Part shown: one piece after another, positions 26,202-41,200 of the stretch
Position numbering within the stretch: the first letter of the stretch is position 1
Layout: each line of letters starts with the position of its first letter
Virus record (IMG/VR): IMGVR_UViG_3300028591_000134
Span: 1 to 64,000 of that record
Source: a virus
Taxonomy: Duplodnaviria; Caudoviricetes
Strand: one strand, 5' to 3'
DNA: 64,000 nt
Position numbers and translations under genes: made by a program
Notes under the pieces: generated by a model
What the model was told of the DNA's origin: nothing
What the model saw: only the letters and a program-made list of their open reading frames with translations
The model's database searches: none

Positions 26202-29200
26202 ATGAGAAAAGAATATAAAACAACCGCTGCGCAGAATATAGAAAAAATGCGACAAATACAGCAACAGGGTAGATACGCGTATTCTGGAAGGCGGAGTTAT
26301 ACCGAAAACCTTTTTAAAGATTCTGGTCTTAAATCTAATATAACGTACGATAGATTTGGGACAGAAGAGTCTCGTGATGAAGACGGCAAAGGATTTTTTG
26401 AAAGTATTTGGTCTGCCGCGTAGACATTATCCGGTGGAATAGCCGATGACATAAAAAATGTTGGTCGTACATTTACCAAAAAACTTATAGACCAGTTTAT
26501 AGATTCGGACTATAAATCTATTGACGATATAACCCAAGGACAACAAGATATAGAACTTGTACTGGAATATAAGAACTTAAAGCAAGAGCTTGGTGAAATA
26601 CAGAACAGAAAAGTAGGAACTGCTTTTGAACGGTTTTATACAGAACGACAAGCTTATATAGAAAACAGGCTCCGTGAGCTTGATACATTCTTTTTAGGCG
26701 AAGGCCGTACACATGCGGCCATCGCTAAAGAGATGTATGACGTAGATCGAATGAATCTTGGAGATAAATTGTTCGTAGCTGACAGATATATTGGCAGAAA
26801 CCAGACTCCTTACGGAAAAGAAACTAATTTCTTAAATTTTTTAGGAAAGACTGTCGGTAATGCATTATCTGTAGGCCAAGAGGCTATAGATTTTGCGTTG
26901 CGAAGATCTGGAAATCTTTTAGGTGGAGTATTTGGAGCAGATTGGAAAGGCGAATATGAAACTAGTTAGGTAATAGGTACTTTAAATCCGAATGCTCCAA
27001 AGGATTATGAATTTTTACAAAAATTATACAAAGGAAACCAAGACGGAGTTCCAAATATAGATGTCGATAGACTTAATTCTTGGAAGGAAGAAAACAATCG
27101 TTTGCTTCAAGAGAGGATTGCTGAGTTAAAAAGCGATATAAAATTTTCCAAGGACGGTAAATTGTTTGGAATAGATATATATGACGCAGAAGATATTCCA
27201 CAACAGTTTAAAGATGCACAAGAAAAATTTGGAAAAAATTGGTATGATTATTTCATACATCCGTATAACGCTCTATTATATTCCATCCCAGAGGTAGCAT
27301 CTACTGTAGGAATGTATAAATACCAAGCGTACGCATTAGGATTCGACGGAATGCTTGGATATTTATCCAGCAGATTACCGACATGGGCAATGAAGGGAGG
27401 CCCTGTATCTGGCGCAATCATGGGTGCTGCTGGAGAGTTTTTAGCTGGACGCGGTGGAAGGGCTGCAATGGCTACTGCTGGTTATGCAGCTGCAGTGGAA
27501 TCTAGAAAGGTTGAAACTGGACTAGAGGCTATGCAGGCTATGGGCGATAGAGTGTCTAAATAGCTGTACGACGAAAGAGGAGACGTAGAAAAAGTTGTAA
27601 ACACGATTAGGCAACGTGCCGATAGAATGGATATCGATACGTCTAATATGGATTTAGATAAACTTTTAAAGCTTGGTATAGCGTTTAATATAAACACTGG
27701 GGATGACGTATACGATAATGCAAAAATAGAGGCTAGAAAAGGCTTAAATAAGCTAATAAATGCTAATAATAGCCTTGCGATAATGGATTATTTAGAAGCC
27801 CTCCCATTCATGTCGTATTCAGGAAAGGCTATGCGAGATTTTGCTAAAAATCAAGCTCGTAAGGTTTACGGAACGAACATGATGCGAACTGCCATAGAAG
27901 AAGAATCGAAACCGGTTTTGCAAGCAGCAAGTGATGTTATTACTAGAAAGGCTGTAAAACGGTTTGTAGAAAAGGGAGATATCGCAAAAGCTTTAGCAAC
28001 TAAGCATATAGGCGACTATTTAGTAAAAGGTGCTGCATTATCTGCAAGACAGGCTTTTTTAGAAGGCACTGAAGAAGGTATTCAGGAGATACTTCAAAAT
28101 AGATATCAACGCGGTTTGTATGATGACGACCAATCTCAATATTCTTTATTTGATATAAATGAAGTATTTAATGATGCTGGATTAGCCGCAGAAGCATTTG
28201 CGGCATACTTAGGATATGATCCTTGGGATACAGAACTTCCTATAGATCAGGTCAGAAAAGCAATGAATATTGGAGCAGTGTCCTCCATATTATTTTCTAA
28301 AGCGTTATCTGGTTCAAGAAATATTTTAAGTGGAGATATAGAAGGATCAATTAGAGATTTGCACTCCCAACTTAAAAACGATAAGGCTTTAGCAAACATA
28401 ATATCTAATTTTTACGATAAGGTCCAAGATCAGCATCATTTATAGTTATTTGTAGATGCGTTTACAAAAGCTGGAGTAAATAATACAAGACTGAGAAAAG
28501 CGCTGGTAGATTTAAAGAACTCTGTAGATGAAAATAATACTCTAGTTAAAAAAGATTATATTGACGAAGATATTCGTTTAATGGAAAATGCGTGGGCATT
28601 ATATAACAATAAAGAATTAACTGAATCTGTTAAAAAAGCAGGATTTGATAAATACGGAGATTTTCACAAGTAGTTAATAATTGAGGGTGCCGCCAGAATA
28701 ACAGCGCAGCAAAAGACAGAAGAACAATTACAAGATGATTTAAAAAGTCTAAAAAATATGCAATACCGTCATAACGATATTGTATAGGAAATGTTGGACG
28801 AATATACTTCAAAAGAGCGATTAAAATAGTTGCAAGATGAAAATCCAAAACTTGCAAGTATGATTACTTAGTTGAAGGCAGATTATGATGATTATCTTGC
28901 AAATAGGCAGTCATAGAGACGCGGAAAGTTTGGAGCGTTTGTTAGAAAGTTTGATTCTGTATAGAAATTTCTTGAAAACGAAGGAATAAAAGAGTATATA
29001 ACTCGAAATGGTCTTTCTGAATCTGTAGTTTTACATGAGGATGAAGAAGGTTATGATCCACTTACTCTTTAGGCTAGAGAAATATTTACAAATGACAAAG
29101 AACGTAAAAAAGCTTTACGTTTTGCATACGACTATGAAAATAGAAAACAGTATTTTAAGCTTCTTCAAAACGAAAGTGCATTTGTAAAGAATAAGTATGT

Positions 29201-32200
29201 ACGTTCTGCAGTAAGAGCCGAACATGAGAATGAAAGGGATCTTAATAAACGTCTGCATGAAATATATAAAGACGAAGAAAAAAGAAATAACTTTATTGAA
29301 TAGGCTTACGAAAGATATAATGAAGGTACTTATTCTCTAAACGATTACATTCAAGAAAGGATACATATTAAGCATCTTGCAGATAGGCTTGCCATTTTAC
29401 AAAAAGTTAAAGCCATTGCAAAAGATAAAGAGCTTAGGAATAAAACTGTAAAAGCTTATCAAGGATTAGACGTAGATACTGATCTCGAAGGTATAGTTTC
29501 GTCTTTAGACAAACAGATAAAAGAGTTATTAGAAAAGCAAAAATCTGATTTACGTAGACTCGGCCCAAATGCTACGTATGCTCAATTTTTTGAAGGTAAG
29601 GGATTTGAATTTGACGATCAGGAAGAATTTGAAAAAGTTTGGAGTCGATTGTTTTTAAATCGCGCCGTACATCAAAATTAGACTACAATTGCAAGTGCGT
29701 TCTTATTGGGGGGAAATAGTCCAACATCTTTGAGTGAGGCTCTATATGGGAATAACGCCGAAAATATTTTAGACGAGGATGTAAAACAATATAGGCAACT
29801 AATAGGCAAGCGTAATAGAAAATATTCTCCGGATGAGGACGTGTCTGATGACGAAGATATAGAAGTAATTGAGCATGACATTAGAGAGTTGTCTAAAAAT
29901 GCAGCTTGGAAAGTAATAAAAGAACTTGTAGATAAAAAAATATAGCGAAGGCGTATAGCCAACCGAGTATTTGAAGAAGAAGTTCCGTCTACTCCATTAC
30001 AAGAAGAACACGCCGTATTGGAGGAAGAAGCTCAAGTTGAAAGTGAGACCAAGCCGGTCACTTCAACAGAAGCTCCGATGAGTAACTCAGAAAAGAATCT
30101 CCGTAAAAAATATAATAGCGAAAAAAATCCGGAAACTTTACAAGAAAAGGCGGAACGTAAAAGAAAACAACGAGAAGAAAAGGCGAAAGCTGAAAGTTCT
30201 GAAGAAGAATCTTCAAATGAACCAGAACCTTAGCAGACTGAAGCATAGCCGGCTCCAAAAGTCGAAGAGAGTCCTTCTAGTGCTGCAACTGAGCCCGAAT
30301 CAATTGAACAAGAATAGAGTCCAGAAGAAGTTGTTGATGATGAGTCTGAAGACGAAGGATTCTCTGCAAACGAACCTGACGAAGATGAAGAAATTCTAGT
30401 TGAGGACGATGTAGAATTCGAACCAAACGATTCTGACGGTGGGTTATAGGAATATTTGGAAAACGAACACAAAGAAGACGTTGAAGCTTCTAATGATGTC
30501 GAATTCGATAATGGATGGGTAGATATTGAAGATTACAGTCTGATTACCATCAATGAAGACGGTAATATGGAATACGACGGGTACGTCCTACTTGATGATT
30601 AGCGTGAATTGGTAGAAGATGATTTAATATTGATGGGCTTATCTGATCAAATAGGATTTGATCAAAACGCTCTTCCGGACAATATTAATGGAATAGATAA
30701 AAAGAAAGACGCAAGCAATGAATCATTGGGCGATCTTTTAAGCCAAACTATGTTTTATCAGCCAAATCCAAAAAAGAAAGAAGATGGTACCGATGAATTA
30801 CCGTGGGACGGAAATCCTCCCGTAAAGTTAAATAAACCTCTTGCATCTGGTAGACAACTTTCATAGAATCTTTCAAAGAAAGGATGGCTTCAAAAGACTA
30901 AAAAATATTTTATAGTTACTCAAAGTGAATAGGGAAAGAACATTGCACCTGGACACGATCCTAGAGATTCTTTCACTGTAGCTCTAATAATAGAGGATGA
31001 AAATAACTGTTATGCTACATTCCTAAGACCGCTCGGTTTAACTTACAGTGAAACAAAATACGATGGCCATACTATAGCTGTAGATTCTGAAGATTACTGG
31101 AGAAATTGGTTACTTAGTAGGAATTTGGATTGGCGTAAAATAGTACAAGCTTCTGGCGAAGATTTAACTTTTGATCCGAACACTAAGCGTGTCTATAAAA
31201 AACTTACTAATATTTATCTTACTACTGCACAAAAAATACAGCTATATAAAAGAGTTATAAATAAAATAGCAAAAGACCGTGCAAGGGAAAGTTATTACGG
31301 AAATAACGGTACGTATGACGGATTTGATAGATTTTGGAATAACGATCCGGTAAGAGAAAATTATCATAATGAAGATTCTTGGAAGAAGGCGAAATCTGAA
31401 CGTAAACGCTTTAGAAAATTATTCATAGACAGGGCGAGACAATCTCTCGCTTTACCTGGAAGACGAGTACTAAGCGATGAACAGGTTACTGAGCAAATAA
31501 ATGCATTGCGCACGTTTAGAAATTAGATCATAGACAAGTATGTATCTATAGATCCGAACAAAAAGACCATAATATTTCCATCTAATGCTAGAACCGATGT
31601 AAAACCAAAATCAGTATCTTAGAGTAATGGACGCATAAGCAGAAATCGAGATAAAAATGGTAATCCGGTCTATAGAACTCTTGAGTCTCCCGACAGAACT
31701 ATTGACGATATACAATCAGATATAGAAAGCGGAAGATTAGTATTCGGATACGGGCTTGGAATGTTTGCAAACGATAAAGATAGATGGGCAATTCGTGGAC
31801 TGTTAGACAAAGATGCATCTACTACTCACAGATATGGAAAAACTCTTTCTAATAGAAGCGGACTTTCCGGAAAAATATATTGGCTTGTAGACAGTCTAAC
31901 TAGATCTGATAAAAATGTTCCAGTAATGCTGGCAGAAGAAAGATTTGATACTTAGATTAGAAACGGAAAAACTATATGGTTAAATAACCCAAAAAATCTA
32001 GTCTTGTGTCTTAAATATAATCCGCAAACCGGAAAATTAGAGAACGTAAATGGACAAGGATACCAACCTTCTGCTGCAGAAGTAATATTCTATATGCTTA
32101 CTGGTTAGCTCGATTCTGAGTTTACTGCAGAATAGCAAAGCGAAATTGCTGAGTTTTTTATACACAGTGGAGAAAAAACGCTTCTTAAAAATCAACCTAA

Positions 32201-35200
32201 AAGCGGAAGTGATCCGTTTGGCACGCTAGCTTAGAAATAGTTGGCTTGGCACAGCGTTGAAGACTCTTCGGGAAAATCCGGTATGGTTTTGAGCATAGGA
32301 ATGCCTACTGTAATAGATGTAAACGGTAAGAAAGAAACAATATATGCCTTAAGAGAGTTTACCAGGGAATAGTTGTTAGATCAAAGCGAAACTGGTGAAA
32401 ATTTAAGACGTGAAATAGTACAAGCAATAGCTACTCAAATGCATTGGAATACAGATTTGATGCACATGAATAGTACTATAGACGTTATGAGTGATAATCC
32501 ATCAGCTGTTTCGTATTTATTTAGATGGGCAATAAGAAATTTTGCAAAATCGTTTGACAGTAATGAAGATTATTTAAATCAGAGGGTTTCTATATTTGGG
32601 TGCCAGCAGTTATCGTTTAGAATTGGAGATTTCTTCAAACTTGAAAATGGAGACATTGTTCCAAAGAAGAACGTTTCTGTGTTAGCATGGATGATTAAAG
32701 AAGGAAAACTTAAAACTGACACCGAAGAAACAATATTAAAAGACCCATTTGTATTTGCTAACGGAGTCGCTTCTGAGAATGGGGATCTTGGCTAGGAATT
32801 GCAAGATGCTGCTGCGCAATCTGAATCTACTGATTCCAACATGATACCTATTACATAGAAACCGAAACAACGGACAAAGACCAAACCTGAAACTCAAGCT
32901 GGGTTTAATTTAAGAGATCAAGATCTGTTTAACACTATTGTCAATCCTGCAAGAGTTAGAAAGGGATTATCTTTAGCTAAAACTGATGAGGAGGCGGCTG
33001 CAATAAGAGAAGAACTTAATAAAACATTTGCCGCAAAAGAGCATGGTGGTATAAACGACAGAGTTTTGATTAGACCTACAGGTAGAATAAAACCAGATGA
33101 AGTCAAATAGAAGTTTGATGAAATTCTTAAAGACTTTTTGGAAAAGTATAATAAGCAGAATCCTGATAATGCTGTAAAGTTTGAAGATGTACAAATAGGT
33201 TCTGTAGAATTATCAAATCTTAAGTCTTTCTGGGGAAATAACAAAGGCTGTGTTATATTGGATCTTTATGGAGATCACACTGGAAATGTAGTAGTCAAGA
33301 ATAATAATTCAAATTGGTCGGCCGTAACTGGAGTATTTTCAAAAACTGGCGGCAGCGGAACTGTTGATATTGACCATACACGGAATTGGTTATCTAAAGT
33401 TTTAGGTATAGACAAAGGTAATGTTGTTGTTACAAACGCTGTAATGCGAAGCGCTTCTAATGAGCCGGTTTATGCGTTTACGAATGTAATCTTAGATAGA
33501 TTGACAGACGAATTTGAAGGAATTGTTAAAATATCTACTAGATCTGATTACGGAGTCGAATATCACGAGGCGTGGCATTATGTAAACCTGCTATTACATG
33601 ATGAACAAGAAAGAATTGCCTTATGGAAAGCTTATTTAAATACCCATAAATATTTAAAGCGAAAAGGAGTTACTTGGGGCGACATTGAAGAAGCTATGGC
33701 GGACGACTTTAAACTTTTTATGGAAGGATTTGAAAATACTTCTATAAAGGGTAAAGTTTCCACATTCTTTAATAACGTATTTAATTTCTTATTCGCTACT
33801 CGCGATAAGCGTGCATATAGAAGAGTGTTTAAGCAAATAGCAAAAGGCGCGTATGCTTCAATAAAAATCGATGAGAAATCTGCTAAAGAATTTATAGAAG
33901 GTTATAATAAATACGGAGTATTTAAAATAAACCATGCTATGCCTAATATATCTAAAGAAGAATTACAAAATCTTAAATAGTTTAATACATATTAGGATCT
34001 TCTAGACGGATTGGATTCTGTAATAAACAGAATTTTCAACAATGTTGACTTGTCTACGCCAAAAAAGATGCAATTTGTTGCCAATAAAGGGTTCAGTTAT
34101 ATTCTAGAAACCTTAGACAAAATGATTGGCGAACAAACCGATGAAGATAAACGTAATAAACTACAAGAGATTAGGGATAACCAAAACATCTTGAGAAAGT
34201 CCTTAATCGATGCGTTTATGGATTTGGGAATTGTTGCAAAAATTAGAAAGGCTGAAGATGTTAGAGAAGTAGATAGGACCGAAATACGAGAAGATGCTCT
34301 TAAAGCCGAAGATTCTCCAGAAAATATATGGGATCGCGTAACATTGCAAGCTCCAAGAAAACAAAATGCGTCAATTAGTACTAAGATGTTCTTACGTAGA
34401 ATACCTAAGTATAAAAAGGAATATTACGAAGATGGTCAAGTTGCATATATTCCGGATAATGATGAGTTTGGTGAACCGAAAGCCTGGAATCAAGACGAGG
34501 CATGGAGATTGATATTGGATAATCTGTGGATGTGTGATTCTTTTTCAGAAAGAGATGAAGATGGAAACTATAGTCCTACATCTATAATGGGAATAGTAGA
34601 ATCTCAAATAGATACTAACCCGTTCTTTCACGCGTTGTATGAAAAACTTGAGGATCTTGATTATTCTGGAGATTACGGAGACATTTAGCTGAAAAGTCAA
34701 ATATTTGCTGCAGTCAACAGTTCTAAAAATCAAATTTAGGTAATTAAGATACAGAATCCTTATCAATCTAATACATCTTTGGAAGATGATTATTCATTCT
34801 CTGAAACGGAATTAGACACCATTAGCGATAATGGAGTCGTTGCAGATAAGTCTAGACAATGGGTCATTTAGAACGACAGTTTAGTTTAGGTAGCAAGAAA
34901 CGTTCCTAGAAAATGGTCAAAAAACTTGGCAGCTAACGGATTATTGTCATATAACAAAAAAACAAAATCTAGCGTTATAAACAAAGATTTTGCAAATGTT
35001 ATAAGTAAGAAGTTGTAGGAAATATCAGATATAATATCGAAATATTCTTATAAGAGTGAAAACGGCAAACAGGTATACAGTCCAAAAAATTTATCAAATA
35101 AATTAGATGAGCTTAAACCGAAGATCGTAAATTTTTATAATTTATTAGGAATATAGTGCGATATATAGTCCTTAAATGTATATATTGCAATGATATCTGG

Positions 35201-38200
35201 AGAATCCGGAAATCTTACTTCTTAGCAGCAATTTGACGCACTAAATGAAATATTCAATACTTCTAAGATAGGTTCGATTTCCTATATTATAGGAGGAATA
35301 GTAGATAACACCAATGCTGGAAATTCTGAGGTTACTCCAACTGGACAAAAATATGTTAAAGCGATAGACGAAGCATTTAACGGATATGCAGCTGATTCTC
35401 ATATCGGCATATTAGCTTTAGCTTGGAGTGCAATACATCCGTCTCCTATTGAGTTTAGTGTAAAAGACGCAAATAATAATAGATTGTATCCAATAAATCT
35501 AAACAGTTTTGTTTCAGATAGAGTGAGATTAATGAATTAGCGCAGGAAGGCTTTTATAGATAGTCTTCGTAAATCTCCTTACTGCAGACATAGCGTATTA
35601 GGATCTATTGTAGATAGCATAGATCCTGCAAAACCTAATACCAAAATAAAATTGAATACGTTTGTAGGAATAAGGGATGCAAATAATGCTGTAGGAGCAG
35701 ATTATTTTGGAATCACTGCGCAAGAGGATTATTTGTCAAAACTACTTATGACAGAAAAAGACCAGATAATATTCCCTACTATGGCAGATAAGCCAACATG
35801 GCATTCTATATCATGCTCTGGGTTAAAGTTATCTCATGACGTCATGCTAGTTTCTCCTCTAGATAAAGATATCAATAAAGCTATATATGAGGAGTATAAT
35901 AAAATTAATCCATTCGATCCTAAAAAATATACGTCCGAATACACGTATAAACGAGAAGCTAGAAAATGGTTTAGAGAAGAGGCAGACGAAGAAACGAAAG
36001 CGATAATAAACGCACAGGCCGTTTCTAAATTAAGATCAAATCCTGCACAAGGTGTCAATTATTCTGTGGATTCTAACAATAATGTCGTACCTACTTTTTC
36101 TGGAGTTACTATAAATAGGTTTGCTGGATATTTCCTAGATGAAATAAATACGCTTCTGGATTATTATAGTAAAGAAAATATTAAGCGAATAGTGTCTAAT
36201 AAGAATGCCAGAATAGAAAATTTTCACGGTGCTGTTAAAAACGGAAGAATGGATTTCTCTGGTAATGGCGGAAAATTTAGATATTTGTACGATATACCTT
36301 TATCTACACATCAATACAATTTTAACCAAATGATGCAAGCATTGTTTGAGTTACAAAAGAAGATTGAAAGTGGTAAAGTAATAGACGTTTCGTCAAACGA
36401 TGAGTTATATAAGTTTGTTGGTGCATCTGTGTTAAAGAGTAAAGACTTAGACGGATTTGAATTAGTAAGAGAGTTTTTAAAGAGACTTAAAGCTGAATGT
36501 TTTGAGTAGAATGGTGATTCAAAACAAGAATTGCGCACGGCAATTAATTTGAAATTGGTTGACATGACGTATCAAGAACTGTATCGAATATCTCGCCCAG
36601 GTTCAGCTTTAAAACTTGTAAAATATAATTCTTCTACTGGCCGTTATATTCCCGAATCTATACCGGAACAGCTACTCGAACCTTATATAAAGGCTTTACA
36701 AGATAATGAATATGGTTCTTACGGCCGCCCTTATGAGGCTACAGACTTATTACATCATGCAGTATTCTCTCTAATTGGAAATTTTGTGGCAAATGAAGCT
36801 ACTTCGGTAATAGAGGTAGAAAAGATATTTAGTGGAGATCCGGCGTTTTATAAGAAAAAGGCTATATCTAAAATCGAACGTTTTGACACAGTTTCAAAAT
36901 TTCCAAAAGCCGGAAAATCCGGAATAGTGTATGTAGATTCGTCTACAGAAACCGCGTATAAATATTCAGATTAGGGCTACTATAAACTTGAAGATCTAAG
37001 TGATTCTGGTGTTTCTGCAGTAACTATAGCCAGAAGATTTGATAATGGGCAATCGTTAGAAGAAGAAATAATAGTTGAAAATCTCGACGATGTATTTTCT
37101 GATAAGATAAAGCGTCTTGGTGGACTTTTATCTCCAGGTGAAGAGATAAGGCTCGATTATAGTGATGATGAATTGTTATTCGATCCTTCTTTAAAATGTA
37201 CAAAGTATACGAATCTTAATGTAGAAGATATAGAAATTCCGTCTATATTTTTAAATGAAATCTAGGACTTATTTAAAAAGCAGCTGCTTGTAGATTTAAT
37301 ACGTTGCGAAAAAGTAGAAGCGTTTGAAAAGTTTTATTCTGATATAAGTCTTAAAAGAAAAAAGGAAAACGAAAGACTTAAATCTGAGAAGAAAAACCTA
37401 AAGCCTGTTATTACTAAGGAGATAGCTATAGACATGTTATATCAAAATGAAAAATATTTTGATTAGGTGTACAATAGTCTTTCAGCATCTCAAAGAAGTA
37501 ATATTGAAACACAACTTTCTCAGCAAATTAAACCGTACAAAGATATTACTGTAGCTGATGCACAAGTTTTTATAAGACCTGCATTATATAGAAAGATAAG
37601 AATAGGTTTGGGCCAGTGGTCGTTTGAGCCGGATGAAGACGGATATTGTGACGAAGATGCATATAATATATTAGAAGGCATCACTGTTAATGAGGATGGA
37701 TCTAGGACTCAAAACTTAGATAACGCCAACAATTGGATGAAGGACCCGAGCTTATAGAAATATGTAAAGCGCCTTGAATTATATCCTCTAAAGATGTCAT
37801 ATTTCCAAAACGATTCGCAACAGATTACGGGAAATATATTTATAAATAGACCTATTTATAATAAAATGGCAATATTCCCGCTGTTTGCATTCTAGAGAGC
37901 AACTTCTGTTGGAGAAAAACTCTATAATAGAATGAATAAAGCTGGTAACGAATTGGATATGGTGTCGTTTAAGTCTGCTGTAAAAGTTGGAGCAATACAA
38001 AAAGGCCCGTAGGTGGTGAATACTGACGAATCTACTGAGAGTGTATTAGGGTCATTTAATGATTTATTAAACTCTAATAGTGATTTAAGCTTAGATTATT
38101 CTACTGGAAAAGTTAATTCTAAGCGAGGTGATAATTTATTAGGAGTTACTATACAAGATCTGTCTAATATACGAATGCAATAGAATACTAAAGCACATGA

Positions 38201-41200
38201 AGCAACAATGCGTGCTATAGGTACTCAGATGTTCAAAATAGCATTCTCTAATATAATAGACGACGCGTATTACGGCACTAATAAGGCTGGAAGAAAATCA
38301 AGGAAAGGCTCTGATATAAAACGAGATATAGTAGATTGTATTAACGCTCTTACTAGAATAGGCGTAGAAAATCTAAAAGATAGGTTTTATAAGAATGGAG
38401 TAATAAACGAGAAAGCTGTAGAAGACTTTGTAAAACTTGTAGTTAAGAATAATGGCCTCGGTATAAGTGCAGAAGAGATAATATATAACGGCGGAACTGC
38501 AGCATCTTTGATATCAAGAACCGTGTTTGAGAACAGTGCTACTGCGATTGTTAACGATGAGGTTGTAGATATAAAGACTAAAGGTGGTACAGCAATACAG
38601 CAATCACTATTCGGTTTTACTGGATACGGATCTTAGAATGTCGGGGTGTTTTCTTCAAACAACGGTAGAGAGTTAAAATGGTCTGCTTATGAGGGGTCTA
38701 TGCAGGTAATGTTGAGTATGAACTTTTTTAAAGATGTAATACCTGACTTCAATAACAAAACATACGAACAACAAAGACAATGGTTGTTTGATAATAATAT
38801 TATTGGAGATAACGCAAAACCGTTTGGAGTAGGCTATCGTATTCCTACACAGGGTATGTCATCAATGTTTGCGTTTTAGGTAGCAGATGTCGTACCACAA
38901 CAAAATGGAGACCTCATTATAGTACCGAGAGAATTTACTGCTCAAACTGGTTCTGACTTCGACGTTGATAAAATATTCTTGGCCACGTTCTCTTATAGAC
39001 ATGGCGTATTCGAGGATATTTCTGATAGCGAGTTTAAGAAAGGAAAGTATAGCAGCAAGACCGCATGGTAGAAGTCTTTGGATTATATACATTCTGTAGA
39101 AGAACGCGATAAGCAAGAACATCCAGATCAGTATATTAGTCGATGGGACGATCTTGTAAAAGAATATCACGAACTTATTGATAATCCGTAGGGAGCTATT
39201 TCTAACAGATTATTATAGAATTATATAGATATTATATCCGATCGTAGAAATTATGCTAACGCTAGAGCATCTATTGACGTTATTACAAATACTATACATA
39301 ACGACCTGTTAAATCCAGTATTACGTAAAAGACGCAAAACTTATATCCCAGGAATGACGGAACTTTTACCATCGTTCCAGGCTTTAAGGAAAATGGAGTT
39401 TGGTGTCGGTAAACAAGGTATTGCTCCGTTTGCATTAAATATTACAAACCTCGCTCTTACTCAGTTTACACATCTTACTATAGATTTCGGCGAGATCGGA
39501 GAAGAGTATGGATTTGGAACTTTAGACTAGATTTACGGAAAAGACGGATTGCGTATATCCGACTGGTTATCTGCAATGGTAAACGCACATGTTGATGTGG
39601 CAAAAGATCCTTATGTATTTGACTTAAACGTTAATAAGGCTACTTACAATCATGCCAATCTTCTACTTAGGGCTGGTATGGGCGAGTCAACGTTTACATT
39701 TTTGGCACAACCAGCATTAAAAGATTTTGCTGAAAACTTGATAAATTCTGGAGGATTATATGGCGATAATATAGACGGAGACGTCATCGAATCTGAAAAT
39801 AATAGTAAACGAAGAAAGAACATATACAAGTAGAAAGTTAGATATTATAATTCTATTTTAAATAATATACTTTAGAATTTTGATCTTTCTAAGTAGTTAG
39901 AAGTTAAAGCGAAATCCGCTCACGAATATTTTGAGTGGATGATAATGACTGCAAAAGAACGTAGAGATAATGGTTACGATAAAGACGCTCCAGCTCGTCC
40001 AATTGAACGTAAATACATATTTGACGAAAATTATGGAAAACAGTCTATTTTAAACTTTGCGACTGGAGCAGATATAACAGAATAGAATGTCGATAAAGTG
40101 ATAGATAGTATAATTTTCTAGATATCTGCGTTATAGACCTTTATGGAACTTGATGATTTTGCAAAGTCGTTATCTTCTCTTGTTCAGTGTTCTCGAGTAG
40201 ATAATAGAAAATACGGAAATACTATTGCGCAAAACATACAATACCAAAATAAAGTGGATAACTTTAAATATGGAGATTCCAATTTTACAATAAATGAACC
40301 TGATTTCGAAAAGACTGTAGCACCTTCTAATCCTGAAGTAGGAGTAACTAAATCAGATATATCTAGGGCAGCGTTAAAGCGATATTTTGGCGAGTTATAT
40401 TTAGATGATAAGTTGGATAACGCAACATTCTGGATAAAAGAGATATTATCTACTCAATTGTTTTCTGCCACACCTTAGTATGAATCTATATTTAAAAATA
40501 TACTCGGTATTATTGGTGGGTATACTAGTTTTGGAGGATTTAAATCTGTATTTTCTGAACAATCTATAAACGCTATTTCCCAAGGTTTGGATAATGTCAT
40601 GAGATTTAACGCTCTTATGGCGTATGGTCCGCAGATATTTGAGAATGCTCAAAATAGTGATCCGGATACAAATATGATAGATCTTACTTTGGGAGGAGAT
40701 ATTTCCGCAGTATCATAGAAATTTGATCAACTAGTTAATGGTAGGAACAAAACGGAATCTATTTTCTAGAGATTGTCTAATTTTATTAGAGACGTTAGGG
40801 AGAATCCGTATGAAGAATATTCTGAAGATTTGGTCAACGATGATGGTGAAATAATAAACGACCTTTTATTATATCTATCTCCGTAGACGCCTAATGAGAA
40901 ATATCCTATAGGAAAAATGAATTTCACAGAATCGCAAACAGATAATAACTCTTCTCAAGAAAGGAGACTTATATCAGCGTTTGCTTAGCTATTAAGCCAT
41001 AATTCTGAACGAGTCCGCAATCTTGCTCAAGACTTGGTATTTTATGCTTATTATTCTACATACGACACCAACGTCGCAAATTCATTTTTTCATCTTGTTC
41101 CAATAGAATACAGGAAACAGTATGATGATTCGCTGAAATTTGCATTAAAGTTGATGAATTCAAATGATTCAAGACTTATAAATAAAGTTTTATAGGATGT

